From Chiloscyllium plagiosum (Eukaryota), in NCBI RefSeq assembly GCF_004010195.1, contig NC_057750.1, positions 9,956,259-10,020,258 of the forward strand: a DNA stretch of 64,000 bases, written 5' to 3'. A program made the position numbers and the translations under genes. The notes beneath the pieces are model-generated. The model was not told the DNA's origin. It did not search any database and saw only the letters and a list, made by a program, of their open reading frames with translations. Positions 25,073 to 39,392 of this stretch are shown piece after piece. Numbering within the stretch: position 1 is the first letter of the stretch; each line of letters begins with the position of its first letter.

Positions 25073-25878
25073 GATTAGATTCCCTGCAGTATGGGGACAG
25101 GCCATTTGGCCCAACAAGTCCACACCAACTCTCCAAAGAGTAACCCACCCAGACCCATTTCCTAGTCTATACTTGGAGTCATAGAGATGTACAGCACGGA
25201 AACAGACCCTTTGGTCTAACCCGTCCATGCCGACCAGATATCCCAACCCAATCTAGTCCCACCTGCCAGCACCTGGCCCATATCCCTCCAAACCCTTCCT
25301 ATCCATATACCCATTCAGATGCCTTTTAAATGCTGTAATTGTACCAGCCTCCACCAATCCTCTGGCAGCTCATTCCATACACGTACTACCCTCTATGTGA
25401 AAAAGGTTGCCTCTCAGGTCTCTTTTATAAATTTTCCCTCTCACCCTCAACCTATGCCCTCTAGTTCTGGACTCCCCCAAACTGGATTTTGTCCAGTTAT
25501 CCTTTCCATGCCCTTCATGATTTTATAAACCACTATAAGGTCACCCCTCAGCCTCTGATGCTCTAGGGGATACAGCACCAGCCTATTCAACCTCTCCCAA
25601 TAGCCCAAATCCTCCAACCCTGGCAACATCCTTGTATATCTTCTCTGAATTTACCCCTGACTAATGTACCTAACACTATGGGCAATTTAGCACGGCCAAT
25701 TCACCTGACCTGGACATCTTTGGATTATGGGAGGAAACCGGAGCACCCGGAGGAAACCCACGCAGACACGGGGAGAATGTGCAAACTCCACATAGACAGT
25801 TACCCAAGGCGGGAATTGAACCCAGGTCCCTGGCGCTGTGAGGCAGCAGTGCTAACCACTGAGCCACCATGCTGCCCA
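25073..25878 (-). mobile_element. HE1 V-SINE interrupted by a CR1/HER1 3' fragment (~25176-25650)
   Basis: SINE tail 25073-25170 and head/body 25652-25878 flank CR1 sequence. Confidence 0.85.
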
Positions 25879-26467
25879 CTTAGTTCCTGAAAAGTCCAAT
25901 GCCACAGGTCCAATCAGTACCAGGTGCTCCCCGTACTACATGTGTTGGCCTTAACAGCAATGGCTGTTATTTGCACATATTCTCCAGTCAAAGACCTCTT
26001 GACTACGCTGGCCAGGACTACATAGTCCAGCTGAAACATTGTTGTGTAGTCTCTGTAAACAAAAAGGCATTCAATTGGCTCCAACAATTTGCATTTGCTA
26101 AATGAATAAATAGATCGTAGTATGAGGAATGGGGAACAATCATTCCCCCTCCAAATGTGTCATGACTCTGCAGAATATTTAAAGATGTCTGTGGGGCCAT
26201 GTTTCAGCAACGACTTGCTTGCATTGTAGATAGTGGTACAGCAAATGTTGGCTGGATTGGTCCCTGGAATTAACAGGTTTCCATTTGATGACAGGCAAAT
26301 TGGATCTATACACTCTGTAATCTAGAATAAAAAAAAGTGAATCTACTTGAAACTTACAGGATTCTACAGAAGCATTGCTTGGGAGATCTCAATCACAGGG
26401 ATAGTCTCAGGTTAAGCAGTTAATCATTTATGATCAAATTAAGGAAGAGTTTCTTCACTGAAATGAT

Positions 26468-26793
26468 TACATTCCCTACACTATGGAAACAGGCCCTTTG
26501 GCCCAACAAGTCCACATCGACCCTCCGAAGAGTAACCCACCCAGACCCATTCCCAACCCTATATTTACCCCTATTTAAGGCACGCTACACACTATGGGTA
26601 ATTTAGCATGGCCAATTCACCTGAATTGCATATCTTTGGATTGTGGGAGGAAACCTGAGCACCCAGAGGAAACCCACACAGATGTGGGGAGCACATGCAC
26701 ACTCCACACACACACAGTCACCCGAGGCTGGGATTGAACCCAGGTTCCTGGTGCTGTGAGGCAGCAGGGCTAACCACTGAGCCATCATGCTGC
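26468..26793 (-). mobile_element. HE1-type V-SINE
   Basis: Minus-strand head and V-domain. Confidence 0.85.
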
Positions 26794-26816
26794 CCCGAGA
26801 GCCTTTGGAATTCTCT

Positions 26817-27680
26817 TAGAGTCATAGAGTCATACAGCATAGAAACAGACCCTTCAGTCCAACCAGTTCATGTCGAACATCATCCCAAACTAAACTAGTC
26901 CCACCTGCCTGCTCCTGTCCTTCCAAACCTTTCCTATTCATGCATCAGTCCAAATGTCTTTTAAATATTGCAATTATGCTGTATCCACCACTTCCTCAGG
27001 AAGTTCATTCCACACTTGAACCACCCTCTGTGTAAATAAATTGTCTCTTATGTCTTTTTTAAATCTCTCTCCTCTCACTTTAAAGTGTGCCTCTTGGTCT
27101 TGAAATACCCCATTTTGGGGAAAAGACAATTATCCTCAACTCTATCTATACCTGTCATTATTTTATAACCTTGTATATTCTGCAGAGTCATGATACATTT
27201 GGGGGCAAATGATTGTTCCCCTTAACCTCCTACGCTCCAGTGAAGGAAGTCCCAGCACATCCAGCCTTTCTTTATAATTCAAACCTCCCATACCTGGCAT
27301 CATCACGGTAAATCTCTTCTGAAACCTTTCCAGCTTGGTAATATCCTTCCTATAACTGGGCGACCAGAACTGTACACAGTTCTCCAGAAGAGGCCTCACC
27401 AATGTCCTGTACAACTTCAACATAACATCCCAACTCCTAAACTCAAAGGACTGTGCAATGAAGGCAAATGTGCCAAAAGCCTTTTTAACCACCCTGTCTA
27501 TATGTGACGCAAACTTTAAAGAATTATGTACCTGTACTCCTAGGTCCTTCTGTTCTACAACACTACCCAAGGCCGTACCATTAATTGTATAAGCCCTACC
27601 CTTGCTTGTTGTACCAAAATGCAATACCTCGCATTTATCCAGATTGAATTTCTTCTGCCATGTTTCAGCCCAATGACCCA
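26817..27680 (-). mobile_element. CR1/HER1 LINE ORF2 3' fragment
   Basis: WQKKFNLDKCEVLHFG...KDLGVQVH...LYRTLVRPLLENCVQFWSP. Confidence 0.9.
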
Positions 27681-30212
27681 TTTTCCCAAAGAGTTTTAGG
27701 ATGACCCCTCTTTGAATATGTTTAGAGTTGAGATGGGCAGACTTTGGTCTCAGAGAATCATGGGATACGGGAGGGAGCGGTAAAGTGGAGTTGAAGCAAA
27801 GATCAGCTAGAATCATATAGAAAGACAGAACAGGCTTGAGGGACCAAATGGCCTCCTCCAGCTGCTATTTCTTATGTTCTTATGAAACTCAACAGAAGTA
27901 TGGTCTAACATTTCTAAATAATTAAAATCTTTGCAACATGATGAGACAGGAGTTGAAATGAATGAGGGATTTACTACTCGACACCTTGAGGTAATTTTGA
28001 CCCGATGTGACTTTACAACTCACCCAATTTCATTTTATTTAAACTGGCCGGTGTCAACATTTCCCCACGTGTAGCAGCACTTTCCTCAGTCAGCTTCGCA
28101 GTTTTAGATTGTGACACTAGAGGCCTCTCTATCACCGTCTAACAGCACAGACTGGTGCTCTGACACCAGCAGCCTGACTCTATCTCACTACAACTTGCAA
28201 AAACAGCAGATGGGCTCCAAACCCTCTATAAAAATAAGCTGAAGATCATAATGTCTGCACAGAAACTAATTGGTCATGCACCCTTGGGCATCAATGTTGT
28301 GTCTATCGCCATGGGAATTATTCCAGGGCCCTCACTACCTGGCCGGTTTTTAACATTGGTCAGCACTGAGAGTAGGACAAACTGCCTTCGTTTAAAACCA
28401 CATTCTGTCAATCTTTCCTACGAATGAGATTGCACTCAGTTCACTCGCAGTCAGACTCTGTTCACACCTGGGGATCCTGTTGCCCGCATTCACTTCAAAA
28501 CAGGAGCAGAAACATCTACAGAAAAGATGGAACAACTTGTCCTCCCATCCAGTATCTCACATATCCTGCATTTCCACATGGAGACCCACATTATAGCCAC
28601 ACCACAGTTTCTAAAATGGCCTGAATTCCTGCCCAGTATTTAATACTGCTTGCAATTCCTGCCTAGTGTCTAGCACTCTCTGCATTCCCCTCAAGTATCG
28701 AACACTCCCTGCATTCCTGCCCAGTGTGTAACACGCTGAACAATACCTGAGCATGTAGCACTATTGGTCAGAGTGTGCCACTTTCTGTGTGGCTCTGCCT
28801 ATGTCAGTATCTTGTGACACACTCCCTGTGTAACATTTTTCCTTGCTCACCAAGTGTATGACACTCGTGTGTAATATTCCTTGTCTTGTTGATCAGCGAT
28901 ACTCCCAATGACACACTGCCTGCAAAATACTCCCTCTCTTATTTCCTCTGCTGGTCAATATTGCAAATGTCCGTTTTGCACATCGTCCATGAAACATGCT
29001 TCTCTTTATTGGTCAATATGTGGCACACTCTCTGAGTAACCTTCCTTGTTTTGCTGGTCTGGCCAGTGTATGACACTCCATTTGTAACATGCTACAATCC
29101 CTCTGTCATTGGCTGTTGTGTGGCAATCCAAGTAAAGGAGTCCTCTCAATTCACCTTCGATATAATGGTTACACCTGATTAACGCAATTGACTGAGTCAC
29201 CTCCAGTGACTCCAAAATACCTTGTTGAATATTTTTAAGGCAAAGATAGATAGATTTTTGAACAGTAAATGAGCGGGCGGGTAGGTGGAGCTGAGTCCAT
29301 GAAAAGATCAGCCATGCTCTCATTGAATGGCAGGGCAGGCTCAATGGGCCAAATGACCTACTCCTGCTCCTATTTCTTGAATCCTTATGTAAAAGCAAAA
29401 TCCCGCAGCAGATGTTTCCTGAGACGTGGGTAACACTGTCAAAGATAGCACTTATTACCTCACACACAGAACTAAGCCCCTTTCTGGGCCATTTCAGAGT
29501 TGACCACATTGAATCTAATAGGGGTATACATGATCGTGACAGATGTAGAGCTTTTACAGCACTGAAAGAGGCCCATCATGTCTGCACCAATCATCAAGCC
29601 TCTACATATTTCAATCTCATTTTCCAGCACTTGGCCTGTAGCCTTGAATGTCACAGCATTTCAAGTGCTCATCAAAATAATTCTTAGACGTTGGGTTTCC
29701 GATTCTCTCACCCTTTTGGGCAGTGCGATCCAGATGTCCACCAAGCTCTGAGTGATATTTTTCCTTAAATCTGCTTCAAACCTCTTGCTGCTTACCTTGA
29801 ATCTGTTCTCCCTGGTTATTGACCCCTTTATTAAGGGGAATAAAACTTCCTCCCTATCTGAGGCCCTCATAAATGACTACATCTCAATCATATCCCACCT
29901 TAACTTTCTGTGTTCTAAGATTTAGACAAGAGGGACTAGGGAAGACTGCCTCCATTGTCCGATGGTACAAAGACCAAAGAGGACAGATTTAAGTTTTTGA
30001 ACAAAGTGGGAGAGGGACTGGGATGTGAAAAATAACATTATTTACGAAGCGAGTAGAAACCAACTGGAACTGACTGACTGCGGTGGAGAGTTGGGGTGAT
30101 GGAAGTGGATACAATAATTGATTTCAAAAGGAAATTGGAGAGGCACTTTAATGAAATGAATGCACAAGGATAGGGACTGACTGGTTTGCTCTACAGAGAG
30201 CTCAAAAAGCCA

Positions 30213-30752
30213 AAGCCACTTTTGGAATACTGTGTTCAGGTCTGCCTGCTACAGGAAGGATGTTGTGAAACCTGAAAAGATTTATAAGGATGTTGCTGAG
30301 GTTGGAGGGTTTGAACTATAGGGAGAGGCTGAATACACTGGGGCCATTTTCCCTGGAGCGTCGGAGGCTGAGGAGTAACCTTATAGAGGTTTATAAAATC
30401 ATGAGGGACGTGGATAGGGTGGATAGACAAGGATTTTTCCCTAAGGTGGGGAGTCCAAAACTAGAGGACATGGATTTGAGGTGAGAGGGGCAAGATTTAA
30501 AAGGGACCTGAGGGGCAACTTTTTCACGCAGCGGGTGGTGCGTGTATGAAATGAGCTGCCAGAGGAAGTGGTGGAGGTTGGTACAAAGACAAAATTTAAA
30601 AGATATGTGGTTGGATATATGAATAGGAAGGGTTTTGAGGGATAAAGGCCAAGTGTTGGCAAATGAAACTAGATTAATTTGGGTTATCTGGTTGGCATGG
30701 ATGAGTTGGACTAAAGGGTCTGTTTCCGTGCTGTATGTGTCTAGGACTCTGT
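30213..30752 (+). mobile_element. CR1/HER1 3' fragment
   Basis: NYRERLNTLGPFSLERRRLR plus conserved 3' tail. Confidence 0.88.
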
Positions 30753-31724
30753 AATTGGCCTCGTTCAGTGCCATAATGACACATCAGCCAGCCCTTACTG
30801 AAGCAGATGGGATTTTGCAATCATTAGTTCACCGTCACCATTATTGATAACTGGTTTTATATACCCAGCAGGCACTTTCATATTCTTTTACTAATTGATT
30901 GGCTTAACAGCGGTGAGGTTGGAGCCCTTACGTTATTACATTGGGTCTCCAGATGTGCTCATCTATAGGAGTGACCCATAATGCCACCATCTCCCTCCAA
31001 CTCTGCTGGCATACAGCGTCTGGCCTGACCTGTGCTGTGCAGTTCGTAGATCTCAGCTGTTAACCAGCCTTTCCCCCCTTCCAGTGTTCAAACGACCTGC
31101 CGCGTTCCTGTAGCATTTTCCACTTGTCTGTAATGAGAAACGACATTGATTTTGGTGACCCGTCCACGTAAACTTTGATAAAATAAATAAGAGTGTTTCT
31201 GTAGATAATTCTGTGCAGAGTGTACTAACTGGGGCCGGGCGGCTGGGACTCCTACAGGAAGCCTTATGAATAGGTACATTGAGTAACAGCCTGTGGGCAC
31301 AGTTGAGGTGCACAGTACTGTGTGTTGATTATTTAGACCGAAGAGGAAGTCTGACTGGCCCGAGATGAATTTAGTCACTGTAATGCAACAGCTCTCTTGT
31401 TTTTTTTAAACCTGCCCCATTCCACACATACACACAGACTATTTTTGAACATCTTTATTTGTTAACTGTAGCGAGCTGTCTCGATTCCCAAAGACATCCC
31501 ACCAGTGAGCTCAGCACAGGCGCTATCTGTTCCTCATCAAGGTCTACACATGTGCAAGAGTGAAATCAGCCAGAAAGCTGTTTAAAATTGACTCTTCCTC
31601 AGTCCATGGACCTCACTAGGCTGGTTAAATTCATTGCTCAGAGCTAGCGGGTTTATGACTCTGTTCAAATATATACATAGGCCATGTCTTCATGAGCCTA
31701 ATTAACCCATACAAATTAGACTGC

Positions 31725-32480
31725 CCATGTGTGTGATCATGTGCAATCATTGTGTCTTGGTGTGTGATTGTGTGCAGTCATTGTGTCCTTGTGTGTGATT
31801 GTGTGTAATCATGTGTCCTTGTGAGTGATTGTGTGTAATCATTGTGTCCTTGTGTGTGATTGTGTGCAGAGATTGTGTCTTGGTGTGTGATTGTGTGCAA
31901 TCATTGTGTCTTGGTGTGTGATTGTGTGTAATCATTGTGTCCTTGTGTGTAATTGCGTGCAGTCATTGTGTCTTGGTGTGTGATTGTGTGTAATCATTGT
32001 GTCCTTGTGTGTGATCGTGTGTAATCATTGTGTCTTGGTGTGTGATTGTGTGTAATCATTGTGTCCTTGTGTGTGATCGTGTGTAATCATTGTGTCTTGG
32101 TGTGTGATTGTGTGTAATCATTGTGTCCTTGTGTGTAATCATTGTATCTTTGTGTGTGATTGTGTGTAATCATAGTGTCCTTGTGTGTGGTCGTGTGTAA
32201 GCCTAGTATCTGTGTGCAGTAGTGTGTAATTACAATGTCCTTGGTTGTGTGTCCATTTTTCTCCTGACCTTTGCTATGTCTGTGGAATCCATGTCCACAG
32301 AAATATTTGTCCTTTTAGTCCACACTAGTTTCAGAATATGCTGCAATCCTGGTAATCGTATCTTTGTATGTGATTGTGTGTAATCATTGTGTCCTTGTGT
32401 GTAATCATTGTATCTTTGTGTGTGATTGTGTGTAATCATAGTGTCCTTGTGTGTGGTCGTGTGTAAGCCTAGTATCTGTG
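31725..32480. repeat. 31-bp minisatellite (tgattgtgtgtaatcattgtgtccttgtgtg)
   Basis: Units at 31981, 32012, 32043, 32074; cctt/cttg variants alternate. Confidence 0.92.
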
Positions 32481-33289
32481 TGCAGTAGTGTGTAATTACA
32501 ATGTCCTTGGTTGTGTGTCCATTTTTCTCCTGACCTTTGCTATGTCTGTGGAATCCATGTCCACAGAAATATTTGTCCTTTTAGTCCACACTAGTTTCAG
32601 AATATGCTGCAATCCTGTACTGAACCACATCCATTGTAGTGCCTTCACTGCTGGATGATTAATTTGTTTCTGACACATCCCGACACTCCTTCAGGAGGCA
32701 AGCCCTAATTTTCATACTGGAATCTTGAGCCTTCTTTACTGTTTGTTTAATTGTGACAGTTCCAGGATTCAGAACCGGATATTTGTGCACAATGCAAAGT
32801 TTCTGAAATACCAAAATTGTTAAACAATAAGAGGATTGCACTTAAGTACCTTCAACACTGTTCCATTGTGTGACTGTGTGAGATCCTACACAGAAAGGAA
32901 CCTAATCTCCTGACATCTTTCCCTTGTGTTTCGCCCAATACATTTGACCCTCATTGTTCCTCTCTCTTATACTCTGTTGTCTCTCTCAGTCTCAGTTTGT
33001 CCTTCCTGATCTGAGACGGTGTGGCTGTTTTGAGGTAGCTAACTCCATGAGACCAATGAATACGAGTGACTTCATGCTGGTTGGCAGAAAGCCAACTGGT
33101 AGCAAGTCACTGACTATCTCGTGGGTATTCGTTATCACAGAATGAATTCTTGTGTAAATGCCTCACTGGGCCTTATCTCAGTATCACTGTATGCCCTTGG
33201 CTCACACCTGTTACTGCACCTCACCCTCCATAAATCATTAACTAAAACTTCCTGTTGAGAAACTGAGAGCAAACAAGAATCTCTCTGGA

Positions 33290-34200
33290 CACAAAAACCC
33301 CATTCATTAATGCACAGAGCCATTCATTAAACTCACAGACCCATCCGCTAAAGTACACAGACCCATCACTAAAGTACACAGACCCATTTGCTAAAGTACA
33401 CAGGCCCATCACTTAAGTATGCAGACTGATCACTAAAGTACACAGACCCATTCACTAAAGTACACAGACCGATCACTAAAGTACACAGAGCCATTCGCTA
33501 AAGTACACAGACCCATCACTAAAGTACACAGACCCATTTGCTAAAGTACACAGAACCATCACTTAAGTATGCAGACTGATCACTAAAGTACACAGACCCA
33601 TTCACTAAAGTACACAGACCGATCACTAAAGTACACAGACCCATTCGCTAAAGTACACAGACCGATCACTAAAGTACACAGACCCATCACTAAAGTACAC
33701 AGACCCATTTGCTAAAGTACACAGACCCATCACTTAAGTATGCAGACTGATCACTAAAGTACACAGACCGATCACTAAAGTACACAGACCGATCACTAAA
33801 GTATGCAGACCCATTCGCTAAAGTACACAGACACATTCACTAAAGTACACAGACCCATCACTAAAGTGTGCAGACCCATCACTAAAGTACACAGACCCAT
33901 CAGTAAAGTACACAGACCCATCACTAAAGTACGCAAACCCATCACTAAAATACACAGACCCATCACTAAAGTACACAGACCCATCAGTAAAGTACACAGA
34001 CCCATCTACTAAAGTACACAGATCCTATAACTAGTACACACAGACCCATTGACTAAAGTATGCAGTCCCATTTACTAATGCGCACAGAATCATTCACTAA
34101 AGTATGCAGACCCATTCACTAAAGTACTAAAGTACGCAGGCCAATCACTAAAGTACACAGATTTACTGATGTACACAGACCCATTCACTATAGTAAGAGA
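33290..34200. repeat. 21-22-bp minisatellite (cactaaagtacacagacccat)
   Basis: Tandem units; gives the repeating ITKVHRP ORF. Confidence 0.95.
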
Positions 34201-34933
34201 CCCATTCTTTAAAGTACCTAAACTTTTCATCAAAGGTCACAGACCCACTTGTTAAAAAGTGAGCCTCCATTCAGTAAAATATACAAGCCCATTCATCATA
34301 GTACAGAAAATGCAAAAGATGTCACAAACAGTAGGTCAAGGAAGCTTGTCTACCCCAGGACTGATAATGGTCACCAACTTTCTCACTTCAGGATCAATAT
34401 TCAGGAGCAATATTACACCTTTGGACCTTAGATAAATACAGGGAAGATTCAATAATCTGACCAAGACTGGCAAGGTAATGCTTTCTATCTTGTCTTCCTT
34501 GTCTTCACTGTACTCTTTCCTATCAAGAAAGGTGTAATTAGCTAACTTTTCATGCATATTGGTCAGGGCATTAGCCCAATAAATGGTGAGCATATTCCTT
34601 CACAACATTTAGCTTCATGTGCAACCGTAAATCCCCATTTCTACTTTCACCTATATCTTCTCCAGGTGATATTTTGCACTTGACTCTTTCATTGCTAGCT
34701 TTCCTCTCCTATTCTCTACTTGCTGGAAAGAATGGAACGCAACATCCATGAATCAGGGAGAGTACAATTCCTCTCTAGTCTCAGGGCAACGTCAACATCA
34801 CGGGGAGAATTGGGTTATTAACTGGCATTGGGTTATTTGAATCAAGCTCTGCCCTGATAACTATCTGAAAACCCACTCAACCACAGCCTTCCAATGTGGT
34901 AGGATAGGTTAATAGTTACACTATTAGATGACG

Positions 34934-35228
34934 AGATTAGATTTGATTTCCTACAGTGTGGAAACAGGCCCTTCAGCCCAACAACTCCACACTGAACCTC
35001 TGAAGAGTAACCCATCCAGACCCATTCCCTATATTTATCCCTGACTAATGCACCTAACAATGGGCAATTTAGCATGCCTAATCCACCCTAACCTGCACAT
35101 CTTTGGACTGTGGGAGGAAACCTATACAGGCACAGGGAGAACGTGCAAACTCCACACAGACAGGAATTGAATCTGGTTCCCTGGTGCTGTGAGGCAGCAG
35201 TGCTAACCACTGAGCCACTGTGCCGCCC
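34934..35228 (-). mobile_element. HE1-type V-SINE
   Basis: Minus-strand SINE consensus. Confidence 0.85.
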
Positions 35229-35832
35229 CTTTTATTAGATGAAAGACCTGGAGATATGTTGAAATCCCACTACAGGCACTGGGGAATTCAGTATAACTTA
35301 AACAAGAAAAAGGATAATTGCCAGTATTTGTGCCGGTGAAACAACAGGACCGTTGTAGAAAGCCATCAATACAAAATGACTTTCTCTCAGAGGATAGTGA
35401 ATCTGTGGAATTCTTTATTGTAGACACTGGTTTGTAAAGTATGTTCAAGTCTGAGATAGATAGATTTCTAGTCATCGAGGGAATCAAGGTTATGGGGATA
35501 AGGTAAGAAAGTGGAGTTGAGGCTGACTGATGATCTCATTGAATGGCAGAGCAGATTCGATGGGCCGAATGGGCCACTTCCGCACCCTTACGATCTTATG
35601 ATCTTTAACCCATCCGATTCACTCACATCCTTCCGGGAAGGATATCTGGTTGTTTGGCCTGATCTCGAGCAAGGTAAATGCTTCAGAAGAATAGGAAGGC
35701 ATCGCCTTGAAACGGGTGGGATTCTGAAAGGACTCGCTCGGGTGGACAATGAGAGGTGTTTCTCTCTGTCTGGGGAAATCTAGAACATAGTGGGGCTCCA
35801 GGACTTAGTGAGGAAAAATTACTTTACTCAAG

Positions 35833-36168
35833 TGGCAGATTAGCTCAGTGGTTAGCACTGCTGCCTCACAGCGCTAGGGACCCGAGTTCAATTCCACCCT
35901 TGGGTGACTGTGTGGAGTTTGCACATTCTCCCTGTGTCTGTGTGGGTTTCTTCTGGGTGCTCCGGTTTCCTCCCATAATCCAAAGATGTGCAGGTTGGGG
36001 TGGATTGGCCTGGCAAAATTGCCTCATAGTGTTCAGGGATGTATAGATTAAGTGCATTAGTCAGGGGTAAATGTAGAGTAATAGGATAAGAGGATGGGTT
36101 TGGCTGGGATACTTTGTGGACTTGCTGGGCCGAAGGGCCTGTCTCCACACTGCAGGGATTCTATGATT
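35833..36168 (+). mobile_element. HE1-type V-SINE
   Basis: Head, V-domain and tail. Confidence 0.85.
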
Positions 36169-36589
36169 CAAAGGATTGTGAATCTTTAAACTTCTCTCCC
36201 CCCAGAGGCTTGTGAATATTCCATCATTTAAGGCAGCACAGAAAGTGTTTGTCTGTCAGGAAATCAAGGGCTAGATGAAGTCGACAGAAAAGTGGAACTG
36301 AAGTCCCAGATTCGCCGCATTTCTACTGAATGGCAGAAAAGGCTGGATGGGCCAAATGATCTGCCCTTGCACACATTTCTCATGATTCTTAACTACCCTC
36401 TGAAAGTATAAGCAGTCAGCTGTACTCAAGAGTACAACTTTCAACAGGTAATTCAGAATAGGTATCAAATGGTAACATTGCCCCAGCGATGCCACATCCC
36501 TTGAATGAATCAAACAAAACTACCCAGTTCTTGTTCTGATAATCCCAAAGGAGAGACACCCATATATTCTTAAACAGTGCCCTCCTTAC

Positions 36590-37361
36590 TGTTATGGACT
36601 AGGCCAGACCACTCAAAACATAGCTCAGACCAAAACTTTGCAATTTGTCTCAGTAAGTGTATGGTGAAAATTACCCGGAGTAAGTTAGCGAGGTTGAGTA
36701 CTAGATTTTAAAACAGACCAAAATGTATTCACAAAATTACACAATGAAACACAAAGAACAGAATAAAGAACCCCTACAGAACTCAGCCTATCCAACTAGA
36801 CTTAATCATGCTGTTGGGAGAAAGTGAGGACTGCAGATGCTGGAGATCAGAGCTGAAAATGTGTTGCTGAAAAAGCGCAGCAGGTCAGGCAGCATCCAAG
36901 GAGCAGGAGAATCGACATTTTGGGCATAAGCCCTTCTTCATCATGCTGTTCCAAATATACACAACAGTCCCAATAAGCAAACTCCCTTTAAAACGCAGTA
37001 TAAATGGAACAACATGCTTACAGGTTGAAGTTGAAGGGCAGAAAGAGAGAGATCGTTTCGACACAGCTCCCTGTTGACCTTCCAACCAGTTCAAGACTGA
37101 ACTAAAACTGCTCAGCTCAGCTAGAAAGCTGACCATTCCCTTTTCCTTATACAGGTCACTTCTAAAACGTGACTATTTTGGCCTGAAGTCTCATTCGTTT
37201 ACAGATAAACAAAAGGCCTCTCAAAATTCATTTCATCTCTGTACCAAACCAGTCTGATCGGAGCCTGGCCCGGTTTATTACCCCTTTGAAAAAAATCAAG
37301 GACAGAGTCTCCTTCAGCCAAGGAATAGCTTTTAGAAAAAAAAGGGACTAGCTTTGTGACC
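36590..37361. mobile_element. Solo LTR (Gypsy-like) containing a Penelope-like insert
   Basis: Begins tgttatgg, ends tgtgac(c); 4-bp TSD ttac at 36586-36589 and 37362-37365. Confidence 0.55.
36816..36939 (-). mobile_element. Penelope-like family A short copy
   Basis: 11-bp TSD atcatgctgtt at 36805-36815 and 36940-36950; begins at the hammerhead core. Confidence 0.8.
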
Positions 37362-37556
37362 TTACCTGTAAATCGACAACAGCAAGAGGCAGATACAGGA
37401 GCAGAAACAAAGTAACTATTTGCTAGGTGCCAGCACTGTTTTATGGAGAGCTCTGGTCAGAAAGTATCAAATAAATTACAACCAGTTAGTAAAGTGAAAT
37501 ACCTTTTTTTATTCAGGAAGTTTCTGGGATACTGAATTCTCTTCAGAAACGGTTTT

Positions 37557-37807
37557 GAGTGGGGGCAAGGGGTAGCAGGATTGAAATAACTGCACAGATA
37601 CTGGTATCCCATCAGCAAGTCACCCTTTATTTACGTTTACCAAGCATACTGGCTGTGGCCAGGCAGCTCAGAGTCTGTCCCCCAACTGAGGAGATTCTAA
37701 ATCTCCTGGTTATATTGCTCAGCCAGAGCTTCCTGATTGTTCCAGGTTAACAACACCAAGCAGGCATCCCATAGTCAATAGGATCCACCTGGTTCCAACC
37801 ACTACAA
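37557..37807. mobile_element. Short LTR-like element (second copy at 50671-50921)
   Basis: Shared blocks tgaaataact.cacaga.actggtatccc..caagtcaccc and cctgattg..ccaggttaaca; TG...CA ends. Confidence 0.5.
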
Positions 37808-38253
37808 GGGTCTGTATTTACCAGAGAAATGGATGGATGTTGAGTAAAGAACTCACTGGTGTGAGAGTAGGGCTTGAGTGAAGAGCTCTTTCCCAGCATC
37901 TGGCGTTTCATTCAAGGTAGAAAATTGAGGGGTGGCCTGATCAAGATGTTTAAGCTGTTAAATAGATTTATCTAAAAGGGGTAAATTATTGGCTTGTTGT
38001 TACCATAGCCTCAGTGAAACCGCTTGATTCTTCGCTGACTTTCTTTGTGTCTTCCTCAGGCCATCTCTCAATGTTATCCATTTGTCTGAATTTTCTCTGT
38101 CACCTTACGATTGCATCCTCAACCTCCCCCTTAACTATTGCAGGGTCTTCATTTCTAATGTCCATATTTGGCTTTTTCTCTTTCTAATCACACCTAGCTA
38201 AGCTGCTAACTTGATCTCACCTGCCTCCTTGTCCAACTATCAACTCAGCTGCA

Positions 38254-39130
38254 ATGGTCAAGGCACAACGATGCCTCTTCTTCCTCAGGTCACTTGGGAA
38301 ATTGGGCAAGTCCATAAAGGCTCAGTGGTTAGCACTGCTGCCTCACAGCAACAGGGTCCCAGGTTCAATTCCAACCTTGGGTGACTGTCTGTGTGGAGTT
38401 TGCACATTCTCTCCATATCTGTGTGAGTTTCCTCTGGGTGCTCCGGTTTCCTCCCACAGTCCAAAGATGTGCAGGTCAGGTGAACTGGCCATGCTAAATT
38501 GCCCGTAGTGTTAGGTGCATTAGTCAGAGGGAAATGGGACTGGGTGGGTTACTCTTCGGAGGGTGAGTGTGGACTTGTTGGGCTGAAGGGCCTGTTTCCA
38601 CACTGTAGGGAATCTAATCTAATAAAGACCCTCGCCAACTTTTACAGAGGGATCATAGAAAGCGGCGTACCTGGGTGCACCACGGCTTGTGCGGCAACTG
38701 CTCTGCCCAGGATTGTAAGAAACTACAGCGAGTTGTGAAAACAGCCCAGACCGTCACGGAAGCCAACCTCCCTTCCATGGACTCCATCTACATTTCTCAT
38801 TGCTGCAGAAAGGCAGCCAATATCATCAAAGACCCCTCCCACCCCGGTAATGCTCTCCTACAACCAGAAGATACAGAAGCTTAAATGACACGCTCCAGAA
38901 CAGCTTCTTCCCCACTGTGATTAGGCTGCTAAATGGATCTGTCAAATTTCAAATCTAATATTGATCTTGCTTTGTACCCCTCCTATGCAGCCATAATTTT
39001 GAATGCCTCACTCTGTCTGAACACCCTATGACCTGTATCTCCTGGTTTCCTATGGTCTGCCTGTTCTGCTCGCAAAACAAAACTTTTCGCCATACTGACT
39101 TGTGACAACAATTAATCAAACCAAATCAAA
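38254..39130 (+). mobile_element. Rex1/Babar-like LINE 3' fragment interrupted by an HE1 SINE (38329-38622)
   Basis: KAQRCLFFLRSLGK...NFYRGIIES...KKLQRVVKTAQ...IIKDPSHPG; ataaag repeated on both sides of the SINE; (aatca)n tail. Confidence 0.75.
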
Positions 39131-39392
39131 GCTGATTTTGAACATCCTCCGCTGTGAGAACTTCGGGATTTGAAGCCACCAGAGTGAGTGATCACCATGA
39201 TCTCTTTGTTGCAACTTTCCCTTCTGCCTTTCCTTATCTCTCTTTGCAGACTCCCTCTGCTGGCACAATTCTGTGCATCTTCAAAGACACAACATGTACA
39301 TTGCAGTTTCAAAACACTACAACCAGCCATACCCACAGTTCAAAAGGATAGATACAAAGCAGTTATTTACATTTGTGGTGGAAGACAGAATC

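Noticed and set aside
31030..31128. Possible minus-strand exon (cattacag...cag|gtcagg)
   Set aside because: All three frames hit stops and no peptide is recognisable; insufficient support.
34336..34593. 85-aa minus-strand ORF in unique sequence
   Set aside because: No recognisable domain or splice structure.
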